From: Octopus sinensis
Lineage: Eukaryota
Reading direction: 5' to 3'
NCBI RefSeq assembly: GCF_006345805.1
Contig: NC_043000.1
Span: 132,370,001-132,434,000, forward strand
Length of the DNA stretch: 64,000 nt
Positions 27,362 through 41,644 of this stretch are shown here, piece after piece (the first letter of the stretch is position 1; each line of letters starts with the position of its first letter). Made by a program: the position numbers and the translations under genes. Under the pieces are notes generated by a model that worked only from the letters and a program-made list of their open reading frames with translations, made no database searches and had not been told where the DNA came from.

Positions 27362-28699
27362 TAGATTTCCATAAATGTTACTGTTAATAATTGTTAAGTA
27401 ATTTTTCTTTTCTGTTTTGGAAGTAGAAAAGGCGAGTATCACGACATCGCAACTATTATTAAAGCATTAACATTCTTCTAAGTATATATTGTCAAGAATT
27501 AATTTGCAAAAATCGATATCTGCCCCACAAAAGACATCACGGCAAATGTTTTATTTTAACAAATGCTCCACTTATTTTTCTTTGAAGAGCGTGTCAAATG
27601 CTAATCATTTTTCTTATCACCAGGATATTATATTTTTGTTGCAGTAAATAAAAAATAACAAAATGTTGTACAGAATTGTTAAACTTACTTTCTATTATGA
27701 AACCTTAGCTGCGATTGGCTATAATATCGTACACTTCTCACCTTTTATTACTCTCTCTCTCTATTTTCTCATCTTTTCAACTGTTTTTTTTTCGTCAACC
27801 CTAAATTGCATTTCTCACACATGCACGAACATGCATAAGAATTTAGAAATATTACAAGTAAACAATAACAAAAATATATAGAAATAACGAAATAAGAGAG
27901 AGAGCAGGTTGATAAAATATTCTTGCATTAGTTTTTATGCAAACTGTTATAAATAACTGAAATACTCTCTGCTAGACTTCGACTGTTATTCCTGTTAACT
28001 GCATGATGCCTTGGATCAAACGAAATAAATAAATGAAAAAAAAAAAAGAAAACATCAATTTGTTTAGATAGTGCATGTCTCAATGCAGTGTCATAGCTCA
28101 CATTTAATAACTTAATTTGTTGAAGAAATCTATATTGGAGCAATAGTTATCTCTTTAGATTTCGTTAAAGATCGATTTGTACCATTTTAACTCCTTTTAT
28201 GATTTTCATTCCAGATAAAATATGAGGAAGAAGGTATAAAAAGAAAGGAAAGAAAATTTGAAAAAAAAAAAATTATTTTCTTCAGTCTTCAATTATATGA
28301 ATCGGATTCGTTCTGATCAGAAAATATATTCCTATTTCATATTTATTTTATTTTCTGCTTCCAATAGGGGTTTAGTGGTATTAAGTTAATCACGAAGGTC
28401 GGCATGAAGGCAGAACAAGACCTAAGTTCCTATCAAGTGGTAGGGATTATGGTATGGAGTCAATTCACTACAGTTAATGCGCAGGGGAAAAGCAAGTTAC
28501 AACTCCTCACTTCCTACTATATTTATGAGCATGAACCGAATATACATACATGTCAATTAGAATTTTTTTATAATAATTAGTTTATAATTCATTCATTAAT
28601 AATTCATTAATGAATTCATTTATAAATCATTTTTTATAATAATTACTTTATAATTCATTCAAAATCCATAACTTAATACGAACGTGGCTGTACAGCTGG

Positions 28700-29330
28700 G
28701 GGTCTCAGTCTCCGCTCCAGATATGGCTGGCCGTTGGCTTCCCTGTGAGAAGATTGAGATTTTTTTGTCGACCTCAATAGTTAATACCTGTCATGCCGTC
28801 CATCTTTCTTGTTATTGATCTTTGGAGTGCTTTCACTTTCACAATGAGTTGCTTCGTGTGGGGAGACCACAGAGTAGAGAAGGATGATGCTGTAACCATC
28901 TCTTAGAATCCAGGAGTACATCTTGTGGGCCAAATCAACCTTGCTGTTTACGTGGGAGTAATTGTTATCAACAATTGCTCCAAGGTCTCTGGTGTTGTTG
29001 GATAACATTAGGGAGTTGCCCGAGGCAAGGACATATGGTAATTTCAGAGTATTCTCTTTTTCAAAGTGGATCAAATTAAACTTATCTTCATTTAGAAGCA
29101 TATTCTTCTTTTCTGCCCATTCGACAACGGTAAACAGATCCGACTGAAGGTATGTTCGGTCTCCCATACCGTTTATTGCCTTCTGGAACTTGGAATCATC
29201 CGCAAAGATTTTCACTGTACAATGTTTGATGACGTCTACTATGTCATTGATGTAGATAGTGAAGAGGAATGGGCTCAATACAGTACCTGTTGGGACACCA
29301 GGTTTTATTATTAATCTGGGTGTTGCGAGA
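28700..29330 (-). mobile_element. CR1/L2/Jockey-type LINE reverse transcriptase fragment
   Basis: GVPTGTVLSPFLFTIYIND...KIFADDSK...RDLGAIVD (ORF 28781..29278 plus upstream). Confidence 0.92.
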
Positions 29331-29664
29331 ATGATATAGGGTTGAGCTGACCACCCGATAATGTTATACTGGGTTACAAGGACCAGAAGTAATTAAAACA
29401 TGACTGGTTTACAAAAACCGGTAAAATTTCCACTTATTTCTTATTTTTATTTTCCTAAAATTTTCGTTGCGTCTTGCAACCTTTTCAATAGTCTTGGCTC
29501 TCAATAAGTTTAACGAATACTATGGTGCAGAGCTAAGTTCCTTGTGAATCGAACTTGTGATCCAGTTTATGTTTCTGTTTCCAGGGATTTCTGAAGCATT
29601 TTTTCTTTCAGAAATGCAAGTCATAATTTCTCTCATTCACACAGTACATATGGCTGGTCAGTGG

Positions 29665-29890
29665 TTTTTCCCTATCCACTATACAGCCCGGATCTGGTGC
29701 TCTCTGACGAGCACTTGCTCGGTCGGATGAGGTGCAGTTTCAGGGACGTATATTTGATAACAGAGACGTGGTGAAAGTGGCTGCGAAGCATTGGGTATAT
29801 ATATATAACAGTGCACACCTGGATATTTTTCTAAGTCGATTGAAGAACTAGATTCAACGAAGGCGCAAAAGCATCGCTTGTGGGGAAAAC
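29665..29890 (+). mobile_element. Mariner transposase C-terminal fragment
   Basis: PYPLYSPDLVLSDEHLLGRM at ~29670-29730, then frameshifted GRIFDNRDVVK. Confidence 0.75.
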
Positions 29891-30120
29891 TGTTGAGTCA
29901 CACATATATTACACGTACACATATATACGTATATGTGTGTGCGTATGTATGTGGGGAGAGAGAGGGGGGAAGAAAGAGGGATATGGAGAGAGGTGGAAGA
30001 GAGAAAGGGAGAGAAAGGAAAAGACAGAGAGAGAGAGAGACAGACAGAGAGACAGACAAAGTGGTGATAACCGTGTTTACATACAACGCTGAGTATATGT
30101 GTGGTTGTGTGTGTGTGTGT

Positions 30121-30172
<52 letters not shown>

Positions 30173-31829
30173 CCGACTGACAGATCCAACAATTATTATT
30201 ATAATAGATTGCAGTATTTAATTTCGTATATACAGTGTTAAGTTCCTGCCGGAATCAACATTATTGTTTACTTATTCAGTGTCGTTAAAATAAATATCTC
30301 TAATATACTGTAGAAGATGTAATTGCCCCAAACCCTTACCTGCAAAAGTTGACCTTGTATATAGTTAAATGAAACTCATAAATACTTGTAGACAAATAAA
30401 CTAAAACGTCACAACAGGAGCTAAAGTCAGTCGACTTCATTTCGAAGGGAACTACATTTTGACTCGAGAATATAAAATGTTCAAAGACTTTTGCTAGTAC
30501 AATGTAGCTCAGAGAAGAGTATGAAAAGGGATTGGAAATCTTTTAAAGATATGATGTCATTTCCTTATTTAGTCTCTTCCCTATTTTTAACCCTTTTAAA
30601 GTATTATCGATTCAGAAAGATATTTTACTTTCAAAATACATTCTTTTCATTTTTAATCCTATTTGATTGAATTGACAGTAATGACGATAAGAAACCACAT
30701 GGGGTGACCTCTGCCTTTCTTTGCAGGCAGAAACACATATAGCTTTCCTCTGCAGCTTCCGTTCAAACTCATTAAGTGACTTCCTGTTAATGATCGTGAT
30801 TTTAATTCACCTTATACATATAAATCCCGCTTCTTCTGTTATCTGCGATTTGTCATTCCTTCTTGCAGTTGTCCTTCGAGTTTTACATCATTTGTTTTTC
30901 TCTTTCTTCTTCTTCTCCTTCCTCTTCAAGATTATATTTGCTCTGCAGTCTTATGTACATTGCTATCAATCAGTAAATCGAGCGAAGGTAAAGGGAATGC
31001 AGAAGAAAAGAACGAATAACGACATTTCCTTCTTAACATTACTTCTTGTAAAGGTAAATTCTGCGTTTTCAGAAAGCGCGTGCGCAAAGAGAAAATTGGT
31101 TATAGAATATTCATTCTCGAATGCCTATCTCCATAATTGTTGCTTCTGCTCTTTTTGGGTCATTTCCTTTCAGTTCCCACCTATAATCGTCATCATGAAA
31201 ATAATGAGCCTCATTAACATTTTCACGGGGGAATAATAATCAAGCACGAAAGCGTTATTCTCTGACCTGATCTTGACCGTATGGCTTTAAGGTGCCTGAA
31301 ACGTCAAAGTGAGCGCTAGTAATAACTAAGTAGTATTGTGTTGGTGTAAGAAGGTATACGCTATTGAATTCCTTCCTATAACTTACTTTTCGCCGCCAGT
31401 CTGGCGTCAGTGAATCCCTAGCGCCAACTTAAATCGGAATATTGCTAAAATTGGTCTAAAATAACCACTTATTTTGCTTCAATGCGTTCACCTGTAACAT
31501 ATTGAAATATAGACGAATAAATGAGGCCAAATTTTTTTTCCCCCACGAATCAAAATTCAATTGCTTTTAGGCCTCCTTTCTTTTTTTTTTTTCACTTTAT
31601 TTTCTCAAATGCTATGGTAATTTATAGCTAACTCTTACTTATAAAATCCTCCTCCTCCTCTTCCTCCTCCGCTCCCTCCCCTCCCCCTCCCCTCCTCTAC
31701 CTCCTCCTCCTCCTCCTCCTTTTCGCCCTTATCACCACCACCACCACCACCACCACCACCAGTACCAGCACCAGCACCAGCACCCTAATTTTCTTTCTGT
31801 TTCCCTTTCTCTCCTCCTCTCTCTATCTC

Positions 31830-31863
<34 letters not shown>

Positions 31864-32189
31864 TGTATGTATGTATGTATGCATGTATGTATGTATGTAA
31901 AAATAGATAGACAGGCAGATAGACTGACAGAGGGAGAGAGAGAGAGAGAGAAAGAGGCAAAGAAAGAGAGAGAGGTAGAGAGAGGTAGAGGTATGCGTAA
32001 ATCAATCTATCTGTTCCTATCTGCTGATTGGCTGCAATGTATGCAGATAGCAGATTGAGAAGAAAACTTAGGTAAAATTTGTTGTAAGAGGAAAAACGTC
32101 TTCTAAAAGAATTTAGTCTAGTGATATGGAAGCTGAATATGAGTTCAAAATCAATTTAGTGCGGCAAAAATTTGTTATCAATTTCTTTT

Positions 32190-32485
32190 TCCAGTTACAA
32201 CTAGTGACCAGTGGTGACCCCCCTCGGTCAGACACTGACCATGGGTTTGCACCTAGAGAGTTACCCTCTGATGTACGAGTCTGGGCAAGGTTGTTTTATG
32301 GAAGACCAGCAGTCGCCCATGCATACCGGCCTCCCCTCTCCACGTCACCCATGTTGTCCAAGGGAAAGGCAAGGGCCGATACAGCTTGGTACCTGTGACG
32401 TCGCAACTCATTTCTACAGCTGAGTGAACTGGAGCAACGTGAAATAAAGTGTCTTGCTCAAGAACACAACACGCAACCCAGTAGA
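32190..32485 (-). mobile_element. SINE family D (Meta/V-like central domain), head missing
   Basis: CAGCTGAGTGAACTGGAGCAACGTGAAATAAAGTGTCTTGCTCAAGAACACAAC block, shared with 58390-58545 and 59680-59840. Confidence 0.65.
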
Positions 32486-32547
32486 AGTAAGTATTTAGTC
32501 GTGCCAGGTGAGGTGAAAAGCAAAGAAGACGCTGATGAAAATTCGAA

Positions 32548-32786
32548 CTTTATCTTTTATCTTTTACCTGATTCATCTATTGGATTGCGGCCATGCCGGG
32601 GCATCGCCTTGAAGGGTGTTTTAGTCGAACGAATCGACCCCTGTACTTATATATTTCAAGCCTGATACTAATTCTATCGAAATCTTATACCGAACCGCTA
32701 AGTCACGAGGACGTCGGCAAACCAACACCGGTTATCAAACGGTGATGGAGTATAAACACAAACACAAGCACACACATATATGTGCC

Positions 32787-32829
<43 letters not shown>

Positions 32830-33020
32830 ATGTATGTATGTATGTATGTATGTATGTATGTATGCATGTACGACGGGTTTCTTTTCAGTTTCCGTCTACC
32901 AAATCCACTCACAAGGCTTTGGTCGGACCGGAGCTATAGTAGAAGACACTCGTCCAAGGTACCATGCAGTAGAACTGAACCCGGAACTATTTGGTTGGGA
33001 AGCAAACATAAGCATCCACA
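32548..33020 (-). mobile_element. SINE family A, diverged, internal (TCTG)n(TATG)n
   Basis: CAGTTTCCGTCTACCAAATCCACTCACAAGGCTTTGGTCGG landmark. Confidence 0.85.
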
Positions 33021-35247
33021 CCTGTTGTTAAGCATTCAATATGGTTCTCCGCTGCTTCCTCCCAGTCGATGTATTTTAAATAAACATAATATGGTTATAT
33101 TCTTTTCTACTCTATGTACGAGGCCCGAAATTTTTGGGGAGTGGGGTCCCAGTATACCTTAGTACGCAACTGGTACTTAATTTATCGACCCCGAAAGGAT
33201 AATATAGTTATATTGATTGTCATATTAACTAAAGTTGCTTTTTTTTTAGAGAGTGTGAACTTGTTCATATGTTTTTAGGAAAGATATAACAGAAATTGGC
33301 CTGGAATAGAAAGGATACGTCAATGAAGAGGCCACGAATGGTAATGAATGACGACGAAAGTACTTTAGCAAACGTAACTGATTGATTGATTAATCAAACA
33401 ATCAAGTAGTTAATTAGTTAAATACTTAATCAATTGACGAATGAGAAGTGAAATATAATCAGTGTGTGTGTTTAGCCTTAGTACAGTGACACTCTCGAGA
33501 CAAAACAAAGTAGCAGTCACATTTCTAAATTAATCTTCCCTAAAAATCAAAAAAAGGGATTTCGTTACTGTTCAAAAATGAAATGAAAATAGACTAATAC
33601 ATTTCTATCAACTTTTTACCGCTATAAGAAAAATTTGGCATTAATGATCACAATCTGATTATGTAATTAAATTTACATTTCTTTTTTTTTTTTCCCCTGT
33701 GAAAATCAGACTAAAAGTTAAAGAATTTGTGTTACGATGGAGAAGATGTTTTAGTGCGGTATATTGATTTACAAGTTCCATTCGAGTTCCGAAATACCTA
33801 AGAGCTGCAAGCATGAGATAAATTTAAATGGAATGTTCACCAGGCGTTTTGATATGATATGGTGCTCGCATCTTTCTTTTTCTGATTATAAAAATACTAT
33901 TTATGACTACATTTGGATATAATATATACAAATGTGGACTTACCCGCACACCCACCACATATATCTCACGTATATTATTCCCACTACACGAACGCAGATA
34001 TTCACATAACCATATTACTTATATGGTAATAGAGTGCTAGCAAGCAATAAAATATGTTGGCGTCATAATACTGTTAGAACAGAGGTGAGCCTCCGGCGAT
34101 TTAGTTTCGATTCACAGTTGAAGCCATTTCATTTCACTAATGCCCTTGGGAAATACCTGAACATAACAATATTCCGTTCTTCTCCCCTAAAAAGCTTTGT
34201 GTGTGTGTATGTGTGTATGTGTGTGTTTGTGTGTGTGTGTATGTGTGTATGTGTGTGTTTGTGTGTGTATGTGTGTGTGTGTGTGTGTATGTGTGTGTGT
34301 GTGTGTATGTGTATTTGTGTGTGTGTGTGTGTGTGTGTGTTATTTCAATTATGGTAACGCCAATAACATTTTCTTGTACTTTCTTCATCTCTCCCGTCTC
34401 TCGATTCATTTTTTTTAATACATACAAACTCACATACATACTTTCTATCACATGCATAACACACATATGTTATATGTATTATCCACACACACACACACAC
34501 ACACATTTTTATATGAACCTTTTCACACAATCATATACATGTATACGCCACCTCACACATATCGATATATCCCTCCATTTTGAGCTCCATTTGAGCTCCA
34601 TTTGATACTGTTTGTGAGTGTGGAATTATTCATTTCGTACAGCTTCTTGACGGAATGTCAAGTCTCGTTACAGAATGCAAATATTCGAAACTCCATTCAA
34701 CTCACTAAACTAGATTCAAAAAACGTTATTGAAACCAACAATCGTTTCCTCGGTGGGATATCAAAACTTGATTGAATAAATGCTTTTCTCCCTTCCAATG
34801 CTTCTACATTAGTAATGATTCATGCATACATTGATTTTTTTTTCCTGTTCGCTGAGTGTCGTTATATCATTATACGCCATCAACGATCTTCTTTCTTTTT
34901 CTTTTTTCAAAGAACGGTTTGAATAATTTGTTAAGAAAGCAGTTTAAAATAAGCCATTCTGAGCTGTATACCTTCGATTCCTGCGTATTTACACAACATG
35001 CGTACGCACGCACACTTGCGAATAAATATTTATATATGCATATATGCGTACACCAACATATACATACATATGCATTGTATATGTATATACGTATAAACAT
35101 ATGCATATGAATTATGATTATATATATACGCACATATATATAGATGTGCTTATACATATACAAACAAACATATACGCACATATATGTATACATACATATA
35201 TGCATACACATACATACACACGCACATATATATGCATATGATATACG

Positions 35248-35302
<55 letters not shown>

Positions 35303-35339
35303 TATATCTATATCTGTGTATATATATATATATACAACT

Positions 35340-35636
35340 GTGGAGGCACATGGCCTAGTGGTTATGGCAGCGGACTCGCGGTCGATGGGTCACGGGTTCG
35401 AATCTCAGACCGGGCGATGTGTGTGTTTATGAGCGAAACACCTAAGCTCCACGTGGCTCCGGCAGAAGGTAATGGCGAACTTTTACTGACTCTTTCGCCA
35501 CAACTTTCTCTCACTCTTTCCTCTTGCAGCTCACCTGCGACGGACCGGCGTCCCGTCCAGGTGGGGAACCTATACGCCAAGGAAACCAGGAAACCGGCCC
35601 TAATGAGCCAGGCGTGGCTCGAGAAGGAACAAACAA
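35340..35636 (+). mobile_element. SINE family C, tail type 2 (L2/Nimb-like GGACCGGCGTCCCGTCCAGG tail)
   Basis: First ~180 bp match 9563-9745; unrelated after CCACAACTTTCTCTCACTCTTT. Confidence 0.85.
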
Positions 35637-36107
35637 TGCAAATATTTATAAAATATCAAATTAGATACAACTGCCTATGTCAATAAGGGACAAGATTTCA
35701 TATCCCTTCATGTTATACCCGGTAAGATGCGATCATAACCAAGATGCTTAACTCTTGCTGGCCAATTCGCAGTTAAAAACATACGAATTATTTTTTCACG
35801 GTATTTCCGTAGGTTTCGCTGATGAATAATCCTGTTGTATAATTAATTGACTGCTTGCTCATTAAACAATATTTTACGTGGCTGAGTATTAACACAGGCA
35901 TTTATATCTTGATGTTCAGACATAATCGGCGTAACGCAGTGTATAACAAAGTTGTCCTCTTTGAATTACTCGTACATATTGCCCGATGGGCTTCCACACA
36001 GATTCTGTTTTCCTAATTTCATTCACAAAAATTGGGTGGACTCTGAGAATTATGGTAACAGACAGTTGCTGAAGATGCAGTAGGACCAAAACCTGTCTTC
36101 TATTCTT

Positions 36108-36335
36108 ATTTCTTTATTGCCCACAAGGAGCTAAACATAGAGAGGAGAAACAAGGACAGACAAAGGGATCAAGTCGATTACATCGACCCCAGTGCGTAAC
36201 TGGTACTTAATTTATCGACCCCGAAAGGATGAAAGGCAAAGTCAGCCTCGGCGGAATTTGAACTCAGAACGTAACGCAGACGAAATACTGCTAAGCATTC
36301 CGCCCAGCGTGCTAACGTTTCTGCCGGTTCGCCGC
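36108..36335 (-). mobile_element. SINE family B, full length with TSD
   Basis: B consensus; CTTCTATTCTT at 36097-36107 and 36336-36346. Confidence 0.9.
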
Positions 36336-36992
36336 CTTCTATTCTTCGCTCTCTTCTATATTCTTGTGCCATTTTTAATTTATTTTATCTTACCGTCCCA
36401 TATTCATAAATGCTATGAAATTAAGATCTTCTTTGGATATAATAGCAACGGTTTCAAATTTCGGCACAAGGACAGCAATATTAGAAGTGGGTTAGTCGAT
36501 GCCATCGACACCAGCACTTGGATGGTATTTTATTTTATCGACCCCCGAATGGATGAAAAGCAAAGTTGACTTCGGCGGGATTAGAACTCAATGCTGCAAA
36601 ACGTTTTGTTTGCAGCGTTAACAATTCTACTAGCTTGCCGCATTCTGGATGTAATAGTAATAAAGGCGATGAAGCATAACCCTAGTTGGGTATCGGAACC
36701 ATTTTATAGATTTAAATCTCAAGTGAACCGACTCGTTGTTCTCTGCTAGTCTGTTCTCAATTTTATATTTAATGCACTAATTTCTTCAGCAGGATTCTTT
36801 TGTAAAACTTGGTAGTAGAAACTTCTTTGATGTACCCTCCAACCGATAAGGATGCGTGCCAGGCAACTGAAACCTGGAATCTAATGATCAAAATCAGAAA
36901 ATAAAATGTTGGCTCTTGTCTGTTATTTTCAAATGATCGGAGACAATGGAACATTTCCATCCATCCATCCATCCATCCATCCATCCATCCAT

Positions 36993-37197
36993 CTCTTTTA
37001 CTTGTTTCAGTCATTTGACTGTGGCCATGCTGGAGCACCGCCTTCAGTCGAGCAAATCGACCCCAGGACTTATTCTTTGGAAGCCTAGTACTTATTCTTT
37101 CGGTGTCTTTTGCCGAACCGCTAGATTACGGGGACGTAAACACACTAGCGTCGGTTGTCAAGCGATGTTGGGGAAACAAACACAGACACACAAACAA

Positions 37198-37284
<87 letters not shown>

Positions 37285-37303
37285 TTATATATATATATAT
37301 ACA

Positions 37304-37366
<63 letters not shown>

Positions 37367-37528
37367 GACGGGCTTCTTTCAGTTTCCGTCTACCAAATCC
37401 ACTCACAAGGCTTTGGTCGGCCCGAGGCTATAGTAGAAGACACTTGCCAAAGGTTCCACACAGTGGGACAGAACCCGGAACCATGTGGTTAGTAAGCAAG
37501 CTACTTACCACACAGCCACTCCTACGCC
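36993..37528 (-). mobile_element. SINE family A with expanded internal CA/TA/TACA repeats
   Basis: Complete head to tail; produces ORF 36946..37701. Confidence 0.9.
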
Positions 37529-39867
37529 CATCTAATCATCTTTATTTACATACACACATGAACACAAACATACATGCATACATGTATGCATTCATATACA
37601 CACGAACGCACGTACATATATGCATACACAGAGATCTGCTGTTGGACAGATGTGAATGCCTCGTCAAAAGCTGGGGAAAGGGCAACATCGTGGAGAACTA
37701 ATGACAAACTCATAAAATTCTAGAAAGGTGGGGTTCTGCAAAAAGAAATGAAGCAAGCTGATTCTCGTTCTCTACGTAATCGATTTGTAGTAGTACAGTG
37801 AAAAATTTTAAAACATTCCAGAACTTCTTCATTTGAGATCCCCGAATAGAAGTAATGTACAGAATCACTGTGCATATGGAATACCAAAAAAAAAAAAATA
37901 ACAAAAAAAAACATTTCAAGCAGATGAAATACTGAAAATTATTCAATCCTTGCTGAATCAAGACATGTTTAGAACTAGATAGATCAATACATATGGCCAG
38001 TGTTAGGATATGAATAAACAGTATTTGAACAGTTGTCTAATATGCAGTACACATATTCCTCCTTTTCTCGTGTCTCCCGTCTGATGGCGTCCTGACAGAC
38101 GGTGTGTTTTAGACATGTTAAACCTGACGAACCCTATCTTTTTCCATGACTGAACACAGCCAATTTCTACGAGAGAGAAAGAGAGAGACAGACAAAGGAA
38201 AAAAAGCAAACTGACTTCGGCGGGATTTGAACTCAGGGCGTAGGAAGCGAGAACAAATACTGTGAAGTAGTCTATCCGACTTTACTAACATCTCTGGCAA
38301 TCACTGCCTTATCGTTTTTATCCAGTTGTAATCAGAGTAGAAAAGAAAAGTAGACAAAAACGCTCAGGCTTTATTTTTTATTAAATGATATACGTATGTT
38401 AGAGTTTATTACTTGCTCAACACGTATTCCGTTTACTATCGTTTATCTGCGATCTAATAGTTTCCTATTTTCAGTTAAATTGTTTATTTTCTTTCACGGA
38501 ATTTATAAAAAAATAAAAGGAGATAATAATCTCATTTCCTGAAAAAATAAATACCAACCAAGAAATAAAACTTAGAAAAGTGAAAGGAAAAAAACTCAAA
38601 ACAAGAAAAGACCAAAAACACGAACTTTGAAAATAGATACAGTAGCCAATCTGGTTTCGTTAAAGACATTTCCGCCCAGCTGATTATTGATTCACTACTA
38701 AATTCTTCTGTAAACACGATGGCTAATCTTAAACGTTTATCATATGCCAATGACAGATAGAACTTTTACCTTAAATGTCTCCTTCCAAGTAAACCACCCT
38801 GAAACGTATCCAACAGTTTATATTTATCTATGGTGGAACCACTGTGACTTTCTGTTTAACGGTTGAAGAGACTAACTGTTTATAACCTATCCTTTAAGAT
38901 AAATAATAATAATGGTTATGTTATCATAGAAATACAATATACGACGTATTAATATATTTACTGGGTGCGTCTTATACGACTTCTTAGTTTCTTTAAGCTT
39001 TTAATGTCAATTGAATCTAATTCATCAGAACCAAGAAAGATAGTTATATGTTAAAGCAAAGAAAGACAATTTGCATCAATGATTCCTGGCGTTCGCTTCA
39101 GTGGAATTATATTTCCAGATTGTTTGATTTCCATACAAATTAAAACGTGTCGTCTGTAATATGTTGATAAGTGGTTCTACACATGCCACAAATGTAAGAT
39201 GTTATAGGAAGTATGGATAAATCTATTTTACCCAAATCTTTGAAAAATATCTAACCATGTCGTTAACTTTTACTTGGTACTGTCAAATTGCACAATTCCT
39301 TCCGCAGTTGAAAAATATTTACAAATGATCGGAAAGAATGGAAAATTTCCTCGGGAAAAGAATAATAATTTGGATATATAAGATATTAGGATAAATGAAA
39401 GTTAAATAATCAGGTAGAAGTGACAATCAGAGGGCTTGAAATAAAATTAAATATTACAAAACCTGACTGTGGGTTAAATAAAATTTGTAAACACATTTAA
39501 TGTTTTTTATGCTAAGGTAAAAAGGTGTAGGTTCTCTTGACAGCATGTTGACCAATCTTCAGAGAAGACGTACTCAGTTTCCTTCACCAATTATTAGCAT
39601 AAATATTCCGTTGCTATGTAAAGCAATCATAAATTAAGTCAGTACCGCAGTGGATAATCTTAGTTGCATATTTTGGATTTTGACGAGCTCATCATTAATT
39701 AAACAATTCTTATTTTATCCAAAGCACAAACTTAATCAGAACTGAAATGAATTTAAATATTACGAAGCACAGCTTCCTCCCCTGCTTCTGATGTGCGAGA
39801 AGAATATTGAGGAACTCTTTTGATGGACCGGTTTACGATATATCTACGCACACACATACAACGAGTT

Positions 39868-40280
39868 GCAATGGCTGTGTGGTAAGTAGCTTGCTTACCA
39901 ACCACATAATTCCGGGTTCAGTCCCACTGCGTGGCACCTTGGGCAAGTGTCTTCTACTATAGCCTCGGGCTGACCAAAGCCTTGTGAGTGGATTTGGTAG
40001 ACGGAAACCGAAAGAAGCCCGTTGTATATATGTATATGCATATATATATGTGTGTGTGTTTGTGTATCAGTGTTTTTCCCCCACCCAACATCGCTTGACA
40101 ACCGATGCTGGTGTGTTTACGTCCCCGTAACTTAGCAGTTCGGCAAAAGAAACCGATAAAGTAAGTACTAGGCTTACAAAGAATAAGTCCTGGGGTTGAT
40201 TTGGTCGACTAAAGGCGGTGCTCCAGCATGACCGCAGTTAAATGACTGAAACAAGTAAAAGAGTAATAGAGTAAAGAGTA
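39868..40280 (+). mobile_element. SINE family A
   Basis: TGGCTGTGTGGTAAGTAGCTTGC head; GTAAAAGAGTAATAGAGTAAAGAGTA tail. Confidence 0.9.
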
Positions 40281-40475
40281 TGTGTGTGTGTGTGTGTGTG
40301 TATGTGCTCGCGCGCGTGCATACATACATACATACATGCATACATACATACATACATGCATACATACATACATGCATACATACATACATACATACATACA
40401 TGCATACATACATACATACATACATACATACATACATACATACATACATACATACATACATACATACACACATAT

Positions 40476-40695
40476 ATGATCGTTCCTCAGTAAAGACATA
40501 CCGGTTTCATTCCCAATCAATAATCAGAGAAGAGAAGACGAACCCAGCTTCTTTCCTTAAGCAATATGATAGATATTCAGCTTCTATATAAAGCAATCGG
40601 TGCTTCTCTACTTTATGATTGCCTTCTACAGCTACTCAATGTCTTTATTTTTGATTTGGAATGAAACCGGCATGTCTTTACTGAGGAACGATCAT
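40476..40695. repeat. 45-bp inverted repeat (43/45) with 130-bp spacer, flanked by mutually complementary microsatellites
   Basis: 40476-40520 is the reverse complement of 40651-40695; (CATA)n on the left, (TATG)n on the right. Confidence 0.9.
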
Positions 40696-40968
40696 GTATG
40701 TATGTATGTATGTATGTATGTATGTATGTATGTATGGATGTATGTATGTATGTATGTATGTATGTATGTATGTATGTATGTATGCGTGCATGTGTGTATA
40801 CACACACACATACAAACACACACACATATATATACATACATATACTTGCAACTCGCTGTGTGTGTATAGATATATAGAGAGTGTTGTATGTATCTGTATA
40901 TACATATATATATATATGTATATATATATATGTGTTTACACAGACACACGCGCATGCACGTACGCACG

Positions 40969-41015
<47 letters not shown>

Positions 41016-41407
41016 TTATTCCGTGTTATAAGTGATGCACGTAACCAGAATTTCAGACACGAATTGAATAGAACGGATTACTCCAAATCTTTGGTATAGC
41101 ATCTGTGTGAATGGAATTAGGACTACTTAACTAGTTCTGAGATAGAGTCACAAATTGTATAATAATGAAGTCATCCCGAATAATGATATTTTGAATGCAT
41201 TTGAATGTATTTGATATGCTGATACGTCTTAACTAAGTATTATTATGCGTTAGAGATGAAATTTCCTTTTTATCTGTTGCACAATTATCTGAAACGTACG
41301 TATTAAATGCATTCAAAATATCGTTACTTTGTTTGACTTAATTAATATATATATATAAAGTGTCCAAAGTGTACCTACGCTGCCAACTCTTCAAATACAC
41401 TAAGTCT

Positions 41408-41644
41408 TCAAATACGTTTGACAACGTAAATTTGATCAGTCTTCACGGGGCTTTATTTTACTGGAAAGTAATACATTTGTATTGCATTATTATTTTCATT
41501 GAAAACTCCTTCACTGCTCTCGTTCTGTTAACGGCTAGGCGTTCAGGCGAGTATACTGGCATTGATGTGGCAACATTTGAAATATTGTCTAGGTAAATGC
41601 AGCTGATGAAGACTGATCAAATTTACGTTGTCAAACGTATTTGA
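41408..41644. repeat. 38-bp perfect inverted repeat, Penelope-pLTR-like
   Basis: 41408-41445 is the reverse complement of 41607-41644. Confidence 0.9.

Noticed and set aside
36946-37701. 251-aa ORF
   Set aside because: Read-through of a SINE A copy and its microsatellites.
38532-38750. 72-aa ORF with hydrophobic C-terminus
   Set aside because: Hydrophobicity comes from a T-rich strand; no homology recognised.
40651-40695. Functional hammerhead in the 45-bp arms
   Set aside because: GAAAC precedes CUGAGGA, and neither helix I nor helix II can form.
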